Below, piece after piece: positions 10,366 through 20,996 of a stretch of 64,000 nucleotides of DNA. Origin of the DNA: Patescibacteria group bacterium (lineage in GTDB: Bacteria; Patescibacteriota; Microgenomatia; JAMCZE01); contig JAMCRP010000001.1 in assembly GCA_023380635.1 (NCBI GenBank), positions 247,911 to 311,910 on the forward strand. The letters run 5' to 3'. Position 1 is the first letter of the stretch. Every line of letters begins with the position of its first letter. The notes beneath the pieces are model-generated. The model was not told the origin of the DNA and did no database searches. It was given only the letters and a program-made list of their open reading frames with translations. The position numbers were made by a program, and so were the translations under genes.

Positions 10366-12570
10366 AAAAAATTATTAAAAGTCACGTTTTTTGGGCTATC
10401 CTGATTTTGCTGGCAGCCAATGTAGCTCTGTTCTGGCAATTCTATTTTAAAGGACTATTGCCTTTTCCCGGAAACCTTCTGGTTTCCTATTATTTTCCCT
10501 GGAATGGCGGCGGCTTTGCCGGCTTTGATCCTTGGACCACCCGAAAAGGTGTCACTGCTATGGATGTCGTCAGGCAAATGTATCCCTGGAAAACTTTGGC
10601 CGCAGATATGATTAAATCGGGACAAATTCCTCTATGGAATCCCTATAACTTTTCCGGCACTCCGCTCTTGGCCAATTTGCAGTCTTCAATCTTTTTTCCC
10701 GGGACAATTTTATTCCTGGTTCTTCCATATCTAACCGCCTGGAACCTTCAGGTGATTGGGTTACCGTTACTTTTCAGTTTCTTTGTCTATCTTTTCTTAA
10801 GATCCCTGAAACTTTCGCCTCTTGCCAGCGTCTTTGGGGGCATCGTTGCCGCAAATATTTCCTATCTTGTTGTCTGGGCCGAACAACTAGTAGTCATTCA
10901 AAGCGCGCTGTTTTTACCTTTAGCCTTATGGGGTATCAATAATTACTTTGATAAGAAAAAAGAATTTTATCTCTGGCTCATCCCTATATTTTTAGCTTTC
11001 TCTATTTTCGGCGGTCATATCCAAACAACGGTCTATGTTTATCTGATTACTTTTGCCTATTTGCTATTTCGCCGCGTTCCCGGAAAATTTCTGATCCTGA
11101 TTCCTATATTTTCCCTCGCTATTTCTGCTGTTCAACTTTTTCCGTCAGCAGAACTCTATTTCCAATCTGCCAGGGAAGCAACCGTCAGCCGAGAACTTTT
11201 CTATCAATCGACATTTCCGTGGCAAAATTTAGTTACTATAGTGGCTCCGGATTTTTATGGTAACCCGGGAACAAATAACTTTCGTGGGCGCGATTATGGA
11301 AACTTCCAAGGTTATTTTGGAATTGTCGCTCTTATCCTGGCTCTGTTCTCCTTAAAATATATTCGGGAAAAGAAAGAAATCAGATTCTGGTTAGGGGCGG
11401 GTGTCCTCGGCCTCTTATTTTCTCTGGCACCATTTGCTTATGTTTTTGATTGGCTGCATATTCCGGTTCTTTCTTCCGGGTATCCTTCAAGAATGATCTT
11501 TATTTTCCAGTTCAGTTTGAGCATTTTAGCTGCTTATGGTTTCGAGCGAATTACTAATCACCATTAGAAATTGTGTCCTGCCGCTAGTCTTAGCAGGGTC
11601 AACTTTGGGAATTATTTTAGTGCTCCCGAAGCGCCTCAAAAAAATTGCCGGCATCCTTTTTATCGTTCTTGCTACTTTGGAATATGCCTATTTCTTTAAT
11701 AAATATCAACCTTTTGCTCCGGCGAAATTTGTTTTTCCCAGCCATCCGGTCTTTAATTTTTTGCGGCAAAATGCCGGATTCAATCGCTTTTTCGGCCAGG
11801 AGAGATCGTATATCGATAATAATTTTGCCACTTTCTATCGGGTTTTTTCCCCCGAAGGTTATGACCCGCTCTACATCCGCCGTTATGAAGAATTTCTGGC
11901 CGGCAGCACCCAGAATATTCCTCGGTCAGACGCCTGGATAAACCAGAAAAACGAAAGTATTGAAAATAAGTCATTGGATTTACTGGGGGTAAAGGATTTT
12001 GTAGATATTACTGACAGTCCGACACTGGATACGGGCCAGAATTTTGCCAAATTTCCCGGCGCGCAATTTGGTTTTGCCGGGCAAGTTAGTCAATGGAAAT
12101 TTTACGATAGACATACTGCTTTGCCTCGGGCTTTTTTGGCGGATAACTATCAAATTTTGCCCGAGAATCAAATTCTTGCCAGACTTTACAGCTCTGATTT
12201 CGACGCCCGGAATACGCTCATCCTAGAAAAAGAGCCGGCAATTAAACCTGCAGCCGGTAGCTCAGCTGCTGCTGAAATTATTGCCTATACGCCAAATGAA
12301 GTAACTATCCAAACTAATAGTGATAAACCAAAGCTCCTTTTTTTGTCGGATAACTACTATCCCGGATGGAAAGCCTTGGTTGATGGCCAAGAAGCTCCAA
12401 TCTTAAGAGCCGACTATACTTTCCGGGCAGTTTCTCTTCCGGCAGGAGAGCATGTCGTTAAATTTAATTACCAGCCTCAGGGTTTCTATATTGGAGCATT
12501 TATTAGCGTCGTTTCTCTCCTTTTCTTATTTGGTGTTATAGTGTTTTTATTAAGCCATGAGAAAACTTAA
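10362..12570 (+). pseudogene. YfhO-family GT-C membrane protein split into two ORFs (10362-11567 and 11536-12570)
   Basis: The N-terminal half has DVVRQMYPW and PLWNPYNFSGTPLLAN. The C-terminal half has GYDPL, LPRAF and LSDNYYPGWKALVDG. The reading frame changes near 11550. Confidence 0.7.
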
Positions 12571-14320
12571 ATCTATTTTCTACTCTGATCTTTTCTGGCT
12601 TATGACAGTATTAACAGTCAGCCTGATTGGTTATCTTTTTACTATTCATGGCTTCCCCCCGGGTCTTCTCAATGATGAGGTTGATATCGGCTACGAAGCA
12701 AACTCGATCTTATTAACCGCCAGAGATCAATGGGGTAATTTTTTACCGTTACAGTATTTTAGCGGTTTCGGCGGAACCCGCTTGCCCCTACTAATCTATT
12801 GGACCGTGGCTTTTATCAAATTTTTTGGATTGAACCAGGAAGGCTTGCGTCTCGCCGGCGTCGCCGCTGCTCTGCTCGGAATTGTCGGCTTCTTCTTTCT
12901 TCTAAAAAATCTTTACGACAATCTGCTGGCCGGGTTAGCAACGATCGTATTAATTTTAACCCCCTGGTTCTGGGGGTTAACCAGAACTACCAACGAAGCA
13001 GTCCTGGCGCTATCACTGACAATATGGGGAATTTTGTTTTTGTATTTAAGCCGCAAAAAGGATATTTTCCTCATCTTGGCGGCGATTTTTCTCGGTTTGT
13101 CATTTTACGCTTATTACAGCAGTCAGATTTTCACTCCTCTTCTGATGGTTCTCCTGTTTTGGAAATGGCCTTGGTTGCACAAAGGTAAACTTTTTCCCAA
13201 AGCTGCCTCGCTAATGGTATTTCTTTTCATCATTTCCCCTTTAATCCTCAAAACGCTTACCGGCGGAGGCAGCGCCGTCCGCTTGGAACAAACCGGAATT
13301 TTTGGCAACGTTTCGTTGGTTGGAGAACTGAATGTCCGGCGGTTCGACTGCGAGCAAAACGCTCCGGCAATCTGGTGTCGAACTATTTACAATAAACCCC
13401 TCCTTTGGCTGGGTGAAGTTTCGGCCAACTATTTAAATCACTTTTCGCCCACTTTTTTGTTTACTGACAATTGGTTTGTTGGAATTCTGCCGCCCGGAAG
13501 ATTATTTTTTCTCGGATTACTACCGGGTCTTATCGCCGGTTTTCTTGTCTTAGTTAGAGAAAGTCAAGAAAAAAAGTGGCTTTGGCTCGGTTGGTTATTG
13601 GCAGCCCCAATTGCTGATAGCCTTACCAGTAATGGCCAAGCTATGCGGGCTCTTCTCATTGTTCCACCTCTGGTTGCCATAGCAGTAATCGGATGGAGAT
13701 CAATTTTAAATTACCTGGATAATCCAAAATTAAAGATTCTTCTGATCTCGGGTTTGGCTATTTTTCTCCTATTCGAAACCGCGCATTTTCTAAGCGATTA
13801 TTTTTGGTACTTCCCTCTAAAAAATTCTATGTATTCCCATTATCCATATCAACCGCTGATGGATTACCTGCTTTCGGTAGAGAAAGATTATCCGCAAATT
13901 TATATTTCCAATGCGGCCAACAGCAGCATAAAACAATACGCTTTCTATGTTTTTTACGATAAGTTTGATCCTCACATTTTTCAAAACAGATCGACTGTTA
14001 AATGGGAAAGAGAAAATGAAGGCTGGATTTGGGTGAAGCAAATTGGTAAATGGAACTTTGTTAAATCTTTGCCGCCTCTTTATAAGATTCCCAGAGGGAG
14101 TCTTTTGGTATCTGATCCGGATGAAACTTCCAATACCAGCAAACTTCGATTGGAGAATATAGTGGAAAACCAAATTCTCACCCTGACACCGCTAAAGACC
14201 ATCCGCTATCTCAATGGCGACCCCGCTTTTGTCATCAGCGTGGTTAACCCGAAACCTTTGGGAGAAATCTGTAATGAGACAACAAGCCAGGAAATTATTA
14301 ATGCCGTCTGTAATAAATAA
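12557..14320 (+). CDS. GT-C glycosyltransferase (ArnT/PMT-like)
   Basis: PPGLLNDEVDIGYEANSILLTARDQWGNFLP with the DE motif, many TM helices, extracellular C-terminal domain. Confidence 0.82.
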   Translation: MRKLKSIFYSDLFWLMTVLTVSLIGYLFTIHGFPPGLLNDEVDIGYEANSILLTARDQWGNFLPLQYFSGFGGTRLPLLIYWTVAFIKFFGLNQEGLRLAGVAAALLGIVGFFFLLKNLYDNLLAGLATIVLILTPWFWGLTRTTNEAVLALSLTIWGILFLYLSRKKDIFLILAAIFLGLSFYAYYSSQIFTPLLMVLLFWKWPWLHKGKLFPKAASLMVFLFIISPLILKTLTGGGSAVRLEQTGIFGNVSLVGELNVRRFDCEQNAPAIWCRTIYNKPLLWLGEVSANYLNHFSPTFLFTDNWFVGILPPGRLFFLGLLPGLIAGFLVLVRESQEKKWLWLGWLLAAPIADSLTSNGQAMRALLIVPPLVAIAVIGWRSILNYLDNPKLKILLISGLAIFLLFETAHFLSDYFWYFPLKNSMYSHYPYQPLMDYLLSVEKDYPQIYISNAANSSIKQYAFYVFYDKFDPHIFQNRSTVKWERENEGWIWVKQIGKWNFVKSLPPLYKIPRGSLLVSDPDETSNTSKLRLENIVENQILTLTPLKTIRYLNGDPAFVISVVNPKPLGEICNETTSQEIINAVCNK

Positions 14321-15795
14321 TGCTAAGCCTTAGAAAACTCTGGCCAGTTTTAACTCTTGTCCTTCTGACTATACCGGTTATTTTTCCATTACTCCAACCA
14401 GGTTTTTTTGCCACTGATGACGGCAATTGGATGGTTATTCGCCTTGCCGCCTTTCACCAGACTCTTCGCTCGGGCCAGTTTCCCGTCAGGTTTCTCTATC
14501 CATTGAACCATGGTTTTGGGTATCCGGTCGCCGATTTTTTATACCCCCTGCCGTTTTATCTTGGAGAAATTATTCATCTTGCCGGTTTCGGCTTTGTCGA
14601 TTCGGTTAAGATTATCTTTCTTCTTAGTTTTCTTTGCGGCGCAATTTTCATGTATTTTCTTGTCCGTCCCAGATGGGGAAACCTTGCCGCTCTGGCTGCC
14701 AGTTTGCTGTATACCTATGCCCCTTATCATATTTTTGATACTTACCACCGCGGTTCATTAGGTGAAGTTTTGGCATTAGCTCTTGTTCCCTTAGTTTTTT
14801 ACTTTTTACAACGCCAAAGCTTCTTTGCCGCGGCCTTAAGCTTTGCTGCTTTGATCACCGCCCACAATGTCATCGCTTTGATATTTAGTCCTTTCATCCT
14901 TTTGTTTGCCTTCAAACCGAAGCAGTTTAAATCCGCGTTAATCTTTCTTCTTTTATCTTTGGCAACTTCCGCATTCTTTTGGCTGCCGGCTCTTTATGAT
15001 CTGCAGTTCACCAGAGCAGCCGCTACTCAAGTAGCGGATTTCCGCCAATATTTCCTTGACCGGAATAATTTTCTGTCTTTAGTGGGTCCGGCTATTCCCT
15101 TCGCGATTATTACATCGGTGCTTTTTATCAGGAAGACCAAAAATTATCTTGTTGCCATTTCTCTTTTGGCCGTTTTAGTCTCACTCTTTTTTACCTCCGG
15201 TTTTTCCGGGACTTTTTGGCAATTTCCGCTTCTTCCCAAAGTCGTTCAGTTTCCCTGGAGATTTTTATCTGTCACTGTTTTCGGCTCGTCAATTTTACTG
15301 GCGGTAGTAATTTCCAGACTAAACAGGATTATTGCTATCTTAGTTATTTTTGTTAGTGTAGCCCTGTCTATACCGCTTATTAATGTCGTCAGAACAAATT
15401 TTCCGGACAGCTACTATTCCACAAATGACGACACCACAACCGTTAAAAACGAGTATATGAGTAAATGGGTAGTCTCCGATCCAAAAACCCGGCCGGTCAG
15501 CTATATAGAAAACATCTCCCCTAATATCATCAGAGTTAATCAAATATATTTTCCCGGTTGGGAAGTCTTTGTTGACGGCAAAAAAACCCCTATCTCCTAC
15601 GCCGATAACGGCTTAATTGAAATTGCGGTAACACCGGGATCGCACAATATAAAGGCAGAATTTACGGAGACGCCACTTCGGACTGCCGCAGACATTGTTT
15701 CACTTCTCAGCCTAGGCGTAACGGCGCTATGGGCAACCAGACCCCTGTGGAAAGGAAAGGGTAATAGCGCAAAAGCAGCAGAACCAAAGAAATAA
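14320..15795 (+). CDS. GT-C-type membrane protein (PTPS-related/YfhO-like), paralog of 3186-4811
   Basis: TDDG, GQFPVR, GFGYPV, RGSLGE, QFPWRFL and YFPGWEVFVDG motifs. Confidence 0.8.
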   Translation: MLSLRKLWPVLTLVLLTIPVIFPLLQPGFFATDDGNWMVIRLAAFHQTLRSGQFPVRFLYPLNHGFGYPVADFLYPLPFYLGEIIHLAGFGFVDSVKIIFLLSFLCGAIFMYFLVRPRWGNLAALAASLLYTYAPYHIFDTYHRGSLGEVLALALVPLVFYFLQRQSFFAAALSFAALITAHNVIALIFSPFILLFAFKPKQFKSALIFLLLSLATSAFFWLPALYDLQFTRAAATQVADFRQYFLDRNNFLSLVGPAIPFAIITSVLFIRKTKNYLVAISLLAVLVSLFFTSGFSGTFWQFPLLPKVVQFPWRFLSVTVFGSSILLAVVISRLNRIIAILVIFVSVALSIPLINVVRTNFPDSYYSTNDDTTTVKNEYMSKWVVSDPKTRPVSYIENISPNIIRVNQIYFPGWEVFVDGKKTPISYADNGLIEIAVTPGSHNIKAEFTETPLRTAADIVSLLSLGVTALWATRPLWKGKGNSAKAAEPKK

Positions 15796-16729
15796 TGACC
15801 GCGCTCCAGACGGCAAATTTATTATTTGGCAACAACGCGGAAAAACCCAACGGAACAATAAAATAATGAGGGAGCAGTTCGTGGGTCCCCGTTTGGGCCA
15901 ATGCCCCGATATAAGCCAAAACTATCAAAGCAATTTCCCTTCTTCTATTGATGAAAAAGGCGGGGACTTGGAAAGCTGTGGCGTATTTGATTCCCACAGA
16001 AATAACCCAGCCAAAAGTTCCCCACACTTTATGTTTATTAAGAAAAAGGTAATATCCGAAAATGGCAAAAAAGAGCATCACAATATCCATATGTCCGGCG
16101 ACGACACCTTCATAAATTATTAATGGGTTGAAAGCGAACAGAACCAGGCCTTTGTTTTTAGCTAATTTATAAATAAAGTACGCGCTGCCGACATAAGCAG
16201 CTACCGCCATCCCCTTAAACCAAAAAAGAGTTAAAAGGAATTTATTGAGCCCCAAAAAATAAAACAGAACGGAAATAGGTAAAAAAGTGGGGCCATATGG
16301 ATAGGTCCGGTGTGTCCAGTTCATAAACCGGGTCCAGGTGTCTGTCGGATACATGAGAGCGGTAGTGGTATACGGATTAGCATGGTGGAAAACAGCAATC
16401 CGGGCGTCGAAAATATAGTTAAAAATGTCGTGAGAAAAAGCAGGGTAGCTTATCAAGCCAAGTATGGCCACAGCGACTACCAGCAGAGCCATATTTTTTG
16501 GCAATAGCCTATTAGCGTCACGGATAAATAGAAAATAGAAAATAGAAAATAGAATTGTCAGAACAATAAATATTTCCGTTGACAATGGCCGGTTAAAATA
16601 ACCCAGTTGAATCATCTGATGTTGGAAATTCAAAAACCATGAGGTTTGAAATAGAGTTAAATTGAGATCAATTTGGGAGTAGGAATATATTCCCAGGGAC
16701 AAAAGGAGTAACAAATATAGGATGATCAT
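15707..16729 (-). CDS. MptA/MptB-like polyprenol-phosphate-mannose-dependent mannosyltransferase (GT-C)
   Basis: FSHDIFNY, ANPY, YPYGP, FNPL and GHMD motifs typical of this group. Confidence 0.7.
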   Translation of the reverse strand: MIILYLLLLLSLGIYSYSQIDLNLTLFQTSWFLNFQHQMIQLGYFNRPLSTEIFIVLTILFSIFYFLFIRDANRLLPKNMALLVVAVAILGLISYPAFSHDIFNYIFDARIAVFHHANPYTTTALMYPTDTWTRFMNWTHRTYPYGPTFLPISVLFYFLGLNKFLLTLFWFKGMAVAAYVGSAYFIYKLAKNKGLVLFAFNPLIIYEGVVAGHMDIVMLFFAIFGYYLFLNKHKVWGTFGWVISVGIKYATAFQVPAFFINRRREIALIVLAYIGALAQTGTHELLPHYFIVPLGFSALLPNNKFAVWSAVIISLVLLLLRYYPFLSTGVWLPIAPLRLG

Positions 16730-17496
16730 TTGTAGAAACCCCGCAGATCGTTAAGTTTTACCCGGAAGATTTCTTTAAGCATATCTAAGGATTCTTTGAC
16801 AAATTTGCCGCCCCCGCGGCTTTTTCCTGTAGACACATCGCGATCAGCCCAAGTCACGGGTACCTCAGCAATCTTGTAGCCCCGCCGCTGAGCGGCAACC
16901 AACAGTTCCACATCGAAAGAAGTAACTTTCCACCCCTCGACTTGGTTTTTTTCACTGCGGATAACCTGAAGCAACGGAAAAATCTCCTTGGCTACTTTAC
17001 CTTTAAAAGATTTGAAACCTGCCTGGGTATCAACAATCTCCCGAAGGAGAGCTGCCCGCCTAATCTCACGAAAAACTGTTGAGGCCAACTGCCGGAAAGC
17101 TGAAAAATTTTTTCGCTCGCTTCCCCGACTGCCAATAACAACATCAAAACCCTTTTTATAAAAAGGTAGAAGTTTAGCCACTTCAGAAATCGGAGTCGAT
17201 TGGTCCATATCAGTAAAAAGAACTATCTCACCTTCGGTTGCCCGAATCCCGGACCAAACGGCAAAAGGTTTCCCGGCATGATCATTTTGAAGATATTTGA
17301 ATCCGGAAGTTTTTTCGCAGAAATCTTCAGCTAAGCGGCGAGCCTGCTCGTCCGGAGAGCCATCGTCGGAAACGATAACTTCCCATGGATAATCCTGTTT
17401 CTGCAGATAGTCGTTCACCTCTGCCAGCGCTCCTCGCTTCAGATTTTCGGTTTCGTTATAGGAGGGAATAACAACGGAAAGATATGGTTTAGCCAT
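16726..17496 (-). CDS. Dolichyl/polyprenol-phosphate glucosyltransferase-like GT2 (ALG5 type)
   Basis: SVVIPSYNE, DDGS, FTDMDQSTP, DTQAGFK and FDVELL motifs. Confidence 0.85.
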   Translation of the reverse strand: MAKPYLSVVIPSYNETENLKRGALAEVNDYLQKQDYPWEVIVSDDGSPDEQARRLAEDFCEKTSGFKYLQNDHAGKPFAVWSGIRATEGEIVLFTDMDQSTPISEVAKLLPFYKKGFDVVIGSRGSERKNFSAFRQLASTVFREIRRAALLREIVDTQAGFKSFKGKVAKEIFPLLQVIRSEKNQVEGWKVTSFDVELLVAAQRRGYKIAEVPVTWADRDVSTGKSRGGGKFVKESLDMLKEIFRVKLNDLRGFYK

Positions 17497-17499
17497 ACA

Positions 17500-18990
17500 C
17501 TATTTACCCGTATAGTGTATCAGTTTGTAAATACTTATTCCAGCCGGCCCCATTTTTGAATCGACAATTTCCGCCCGGCCAAAACCGGCGATTTCCCAAA
17601 GCGGATTTCCCAGCGGTTCGCACTTTTTTTCTTCACAGATAACGACCAGGGTGTTAGTTACCGTTTCCCTCCTGGGATCATTATCCGGATTCTCAATTGT
17701 CACCGGCGCCCGGTTCCAGAGTTCCAGGTAATAACGGTAAGCTTGATCGGTATTGAAATTGGATATCAAACCGAGATTATACGGTTGACCTCCGGCGTAA
17801 TCTAAAACTGTCCTGTCTATCTCCTGAATTTGCGACAACATGTTGTGGGGTGGTTGCCAGAGATAAAGATTTTTAATCATAAAGTAGCTTAAGATTGCCG
17901 CTCCGGTCAAAAACACCGGTATCCCTACTTTTCTTTTAAGAAGCGCGCTTCCGGTTACCCCCAGCAAAAGAAATGGCAAGGGATAAAGATAGCCAAAATA
18001 GTGGTCGTTTAGCTGGCCTTGATAAGAACCAACTCCCAGCGTCCCAACAAGCAGCCAGACCAGAATTAAGGCCGCTTTAATCTTAGAATTTTCGGTTTGG
18101 CGTATTTTTGCTACCCAATATCCCACACCAATTAGTGAGACAAAAAAGAAAACATATTCCCAGACTGTCTCCCGGAAACCAAAAAGCATGCCATAAAGCC
18201 GGCGCTGGATCTCCATAATTAGCCAAACAAGATTACTACTTCGGGGGGCCACAGTTTGCCCCCGGCGGGTGATAAACTCCCAGATGCTTTTAGTGTTGGG
18301 AAATCCGTGACGAATCTCAAAGATAATAAACAGCGAGTTGCCTAACAGAAAACCCGCTAAAACCGCGGCAATTTGTCTTAACCAATCTCTTACCGGAAAG
18401 ATTAAGAGCATTGCCAAGCCGATTACCGCCGCCAAAGCCAGATTCATATAATGCAGCTGAAACAAAATGCCGTAACTGACTCCTGCCAGGAAGGTGTAGA
18501 TAATCTTCTTTCTGGTGGCAGACAAATACAAAAGAGCAACGGTTATAAGCGTAAAAAATGGTACCGGATTGGGGTTCCAGGAGAACCGGGAAATATCGAT
18601 CATTTTGGGCGACAGAGCTACCAGAAACGAGGCGATAATTGCTGCCTTGGTATCAAAAAACCTGGCAGCAAACCAGTAGGTTAAGGCTACCATCGCCACT
18701 CCGATCAGAGCCGAAAGATAGGCCGGACCCACGGGATCAAGGCGGAAAAGCCACAGAAAGGGCAGCATGAAATAATAGTAAATCGGCCCGGTAAAAAAAC
18801 CGCCCACCGAAGCGCTCGGTCCCAAAAGTGTCCACTTATGATTGACGATCATCGCCTTAACAACGAGAACATCCCGCCCCTGGTCACCCAAAAACTGGAG
18901 GTATCCTGAAAGGTTGTAAAACCGCAGACCCGCAGCTATTAGCAAAATTACAACGAGCCAAAAACGGCTGTTTCGAAGGAATTTAAACAT
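17500..18990 (-). CDS. GT-C glycosyltransferase (ArnT/PMT-like)
   Basis: FLGDQGRD, LLGP, GPIYYY, SRFSWNPN, FEIRHGF, LWEIAGFG. Confidence 0.82.
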   Translation of the reverse strand: MFKFLRNSRFWLVVILLIAAGLRFYNLSGYLQFLGDQGRDVLVVKAMIVNHKWTLLGPSASVGGFFTGPIYYYFMLPFLWLFRLDPVGPAYLSALIGVAMVALTYWFAARFFDTKAAIIASFLVALSPKMIDISRFSWNPNPVPFFTLITVALLYLSATRKKIIYTFLAGVSYGILFQLHYMNLALAAVIGLAMLLIFPVRDWLRQIAAVLAGFLLGNSLFIIFEIRHGFPNTKSIWEFITRRGQTVAPRSSNLVWLIMEIQRRLYGMLFGFRETVWEYVFFFVSLIGVGYWVAKIRQTENSKIKAALILVWLLVGTLGVGSYQGQLNDHYFGYLYPLPFLLLGVTGSALLKRKVGIPVFLTGAAILSYFMIKNLYLWQPPHNMLSQIQEIDRTVLDYAGGQPYNLGLISNFNTDQAYRYYLELWNRAPVTIENPDNDPRRETVTNTLVVICEEKKCEPLGNPLWEIAGFGRAEIVDSKMGPAGISIYKLIHYTGK

Positions 18991-19472
18991 TATTTCCAGA
19001 TGATTTGACTGTAGATGATGAAGTTAACGATCAAACCCACCCCAACGCCGGCAACATAAAAGACCAGATAGGCACTGAATTTCTTGGCAAATTTACCAGC
19101 CACGGGTAATCCGGAAACCAGTTTAACTATTCCCAATTTGGACCAAGGTGTCATTAACAATATTGGCTGCTTAAATTTTTTCAGACCAAATATCAGCTCG
19201 CCAGTTTTGAGAAAAACGAACTGAATAATGACCGACCCAAAAGAGAGAATATTAAACTGAACGAACTTCATCGGCACATCGCTCATCGCCAAAGACCGAT
19301 CAGAAAAGGTAAAGAAATTATTGAGAATGAAGTTAGAAATGATGGCCAGCTCCGCTCCCGCCGGTCCAGCAATTGATGGCGCCACATCAACCCGGACACC
19401 CAAAATCAAGACAGTGGTGTTAATAATAAATCCAATAGTGCCGACAATCAGGAATTTTAAGAAATGCGCCAT
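18990..19472 (-). CDS. GtrA-family lipid-linked sugar flippase
   Basis: FLKFLIVGTIGF, NFILNNFFTF and NFIIYSQIIW; about 4 TM helices. Confidence 0.85.
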   Translation of the reverse strand: MAHFLKFLIVGTIGFIINTTVLILGVRVDVAPSIAGPAGAELAIISNFILNNFFTFSDRSLAMSDVPMKFVQFNILSFGSVIIQFVFLKTGELIFGLKKFKQPILLMTPWSKLGIVKLVSGLPVAGKFAKKFSAYLVFYVAGVGVGLIVNFIIYSQIIWK

Positions 19473-19473
19473 A

Positions 19474-20214
19474 CTATGATATTACCTTTTTTACCCGATA
19501 ACGTAAAGCATAATGCAAGAGATTTTTGGTATAGGACAAGGTCTTCATTTTTGATTGTCCTCCGAGACGGTCGAAGTAAACAATCGGCTGCTCGGCGACT
19601 TTAAAATTCGAACTTAAGGCTTCAAAAGCAAAGGCCGGAACAAGGAGCCAGCCGGTATGCATGGCTACTTTCGGCTTTAGAGCCAACCACACTTCTTTGG
19701 TAAACGCCCGGTACAAATTGGTAAATTCTTTCGATTTGCTGGTCCAGGCCAACAGCTGCAATATATTGTTGGCACTGAGGCTAAAAACCTTGCGCCACCA
19801 AGACCAGTTCATAATTTTTCCGCCCCGGCAATACCGGCTGCCAAGGACGATATCTGCCTTTTCCAATCTACGGATAAAGTCCGGAATCTGATCCGGATCG
19901 TTTGACAGATCTGCTTCCATAGTGATTAAAATATCCGCGCCCAATTTTTCCACGGCATAGTCTAGGCCCTTGGAAATACCCAGTCCCAGCTTTCCCGGTC
20001 CGGGAATTTTGCTGTCATAGTAGTGGACATTTTTATACTTTTCGGCCAGTTCTGAAGTTATGGCCGCGGTGTTGTCCGGAGAATGGCTGTCAGAAATAAG
20101 CACTTCCAAATGATATCCGGGAATTTTTTCCTGCTGTGCTAAGACCCGAGCCACAAAACTGCCAATGTTTGCCTCTTCGTTGAAAGTGGGAGCAACAACA
20201 ACAACTTTTTTCAT
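19474..20214 (-). CDS. Polyprenol-monophosphomannose synthase-like GT2 (DPM1/Ppm1 type, divergent)
   Basis: PTFNEEANI, SDSHSPD, MEADLS (DxD changed to EAD), GSRY, DRLGGQSKM. Confidence 0.8.
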   Translation of the reverse strand: MKKVVVVAPTFNEEANIGSFVARVLAQQEKIPGYHLEVLISDSHSPDNTAAITSELAEKYKNVHYYDSKIPGPGKLGLGISKGLDYAVEKLGADILITMEADLSNDPDQIPDFIRRLEKADIVLGSRYCRGGKIMNWSWWRKVFSLSANNILQLLAWTSKSKEFTNLYRAFTKEVWLALKPKVAMHTGWLLVPAFAFEALSSNFKVAEQPIVYFDRLGGQSKMKTLSYTKNLLHYALRYRVKKVIS

Positions 20215-20957
20215 TCAGTCAGTCCTAATCTGTCGGCCCAAATAACAGCGATTACTTTCATTTGCTCGGTTACGGTATTCGTTGTCATTTTGCTGTCACC
20301 GCTGGTCCTTAGATCAAAATTAATGGGAATTTCTTTTATTTTTGCTCCTCGCTTTTTCATTTCGTAAAGCAATCTTTCTTTATAGGAAAATGAGTTTGAA
20401 AATACCTTTCCAAAATTAATGGAATCCAGGTAGCCTTTGACCCTGGCCAACCGGAAACCCGTGGTGAAATCATGAAGATCAAACATCAAGAGACTTATTC
20501 GATAAGTCAGGTTCCCAACCACGGAAAAAAATTTTCGGTCTATTCCCCATTCCTTTGGGATTGATCCGCCTGGAACATATCTTGAACCGATGACATAATC
20601 GTAACCTTTATCAAACTCCGCGACAAACCGCGGCACATAAATAGGATCATGTTGAAAGTCCGCATCCATTTCCATCACTGCGTCAGCCTTTAATTTATCA
20701 ATCGCGTATCTGAATCCCCGGGTATAGGCTGCTCCCAATCCAGCTTTCTCGCCTTCCAGAAGGAACAAGTTCTTATATTTCTTTTGTTTCTCGGCAACGA
20801 TTTTCCCCGTTCCGTCAGGAGATTTATCATCAATAACTAATAGAAGCATTTTGTGGTCTTTTATTTTTGGAAAAACTTTGCCGCACAATTCGTCGATCAT
20901 CCGGCCGATACTCTGGGCCTCATTATAAGTGGGCATGGCAATCACTATCGTGCTCAT
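20211..20957 (-). CDS. Polyprenol-monophosphomannose synthase (DPM1/Ppm1-like GT2)
   Basis: PTYNEA, DDKSPDGTG, MDADFQHDP, GSRYVPGG, DFTTGFR, SGDSKM. Start placed at ATG 20957, 7 nt after TATACT. Confidence 0.88.
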   Translation of the reverse strand: MSTIVIAMPTYNEAQSIGRMIDELCGKVFPKIKDHKMLLLVIDDKSPDGTGKIVAEKQKKYKNLFLLEGEKAGLGAAYTRGFRYAIDKLKADAVMEMDADFQHDPIYVPRFVAEFDKGYDYVIGSRYVPGGSIPKEWGIDRKFFSVVGNLTYRISLLMFDLHDFTTGFRLARVKGYLDSINFGKVFSNSFSYKERLLYEMKKRGAKIKEIPINFDLRTSGDSKMTTNTVTEQMKVIAVIWADRLGLTE

Positions 20958-20996
20958 TGAATTGAGTATAGCAAGACAAAAGGCTAAAATACAGCT

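Noticed and set aside
15707-15795. 89-nt convergent overlap of two GT-C genes
   Set aside because: Most simply stop-codon drift in a compact genome; similar tail overlaps occur at 21643-21665, 31132-31163 and 34037-34078.
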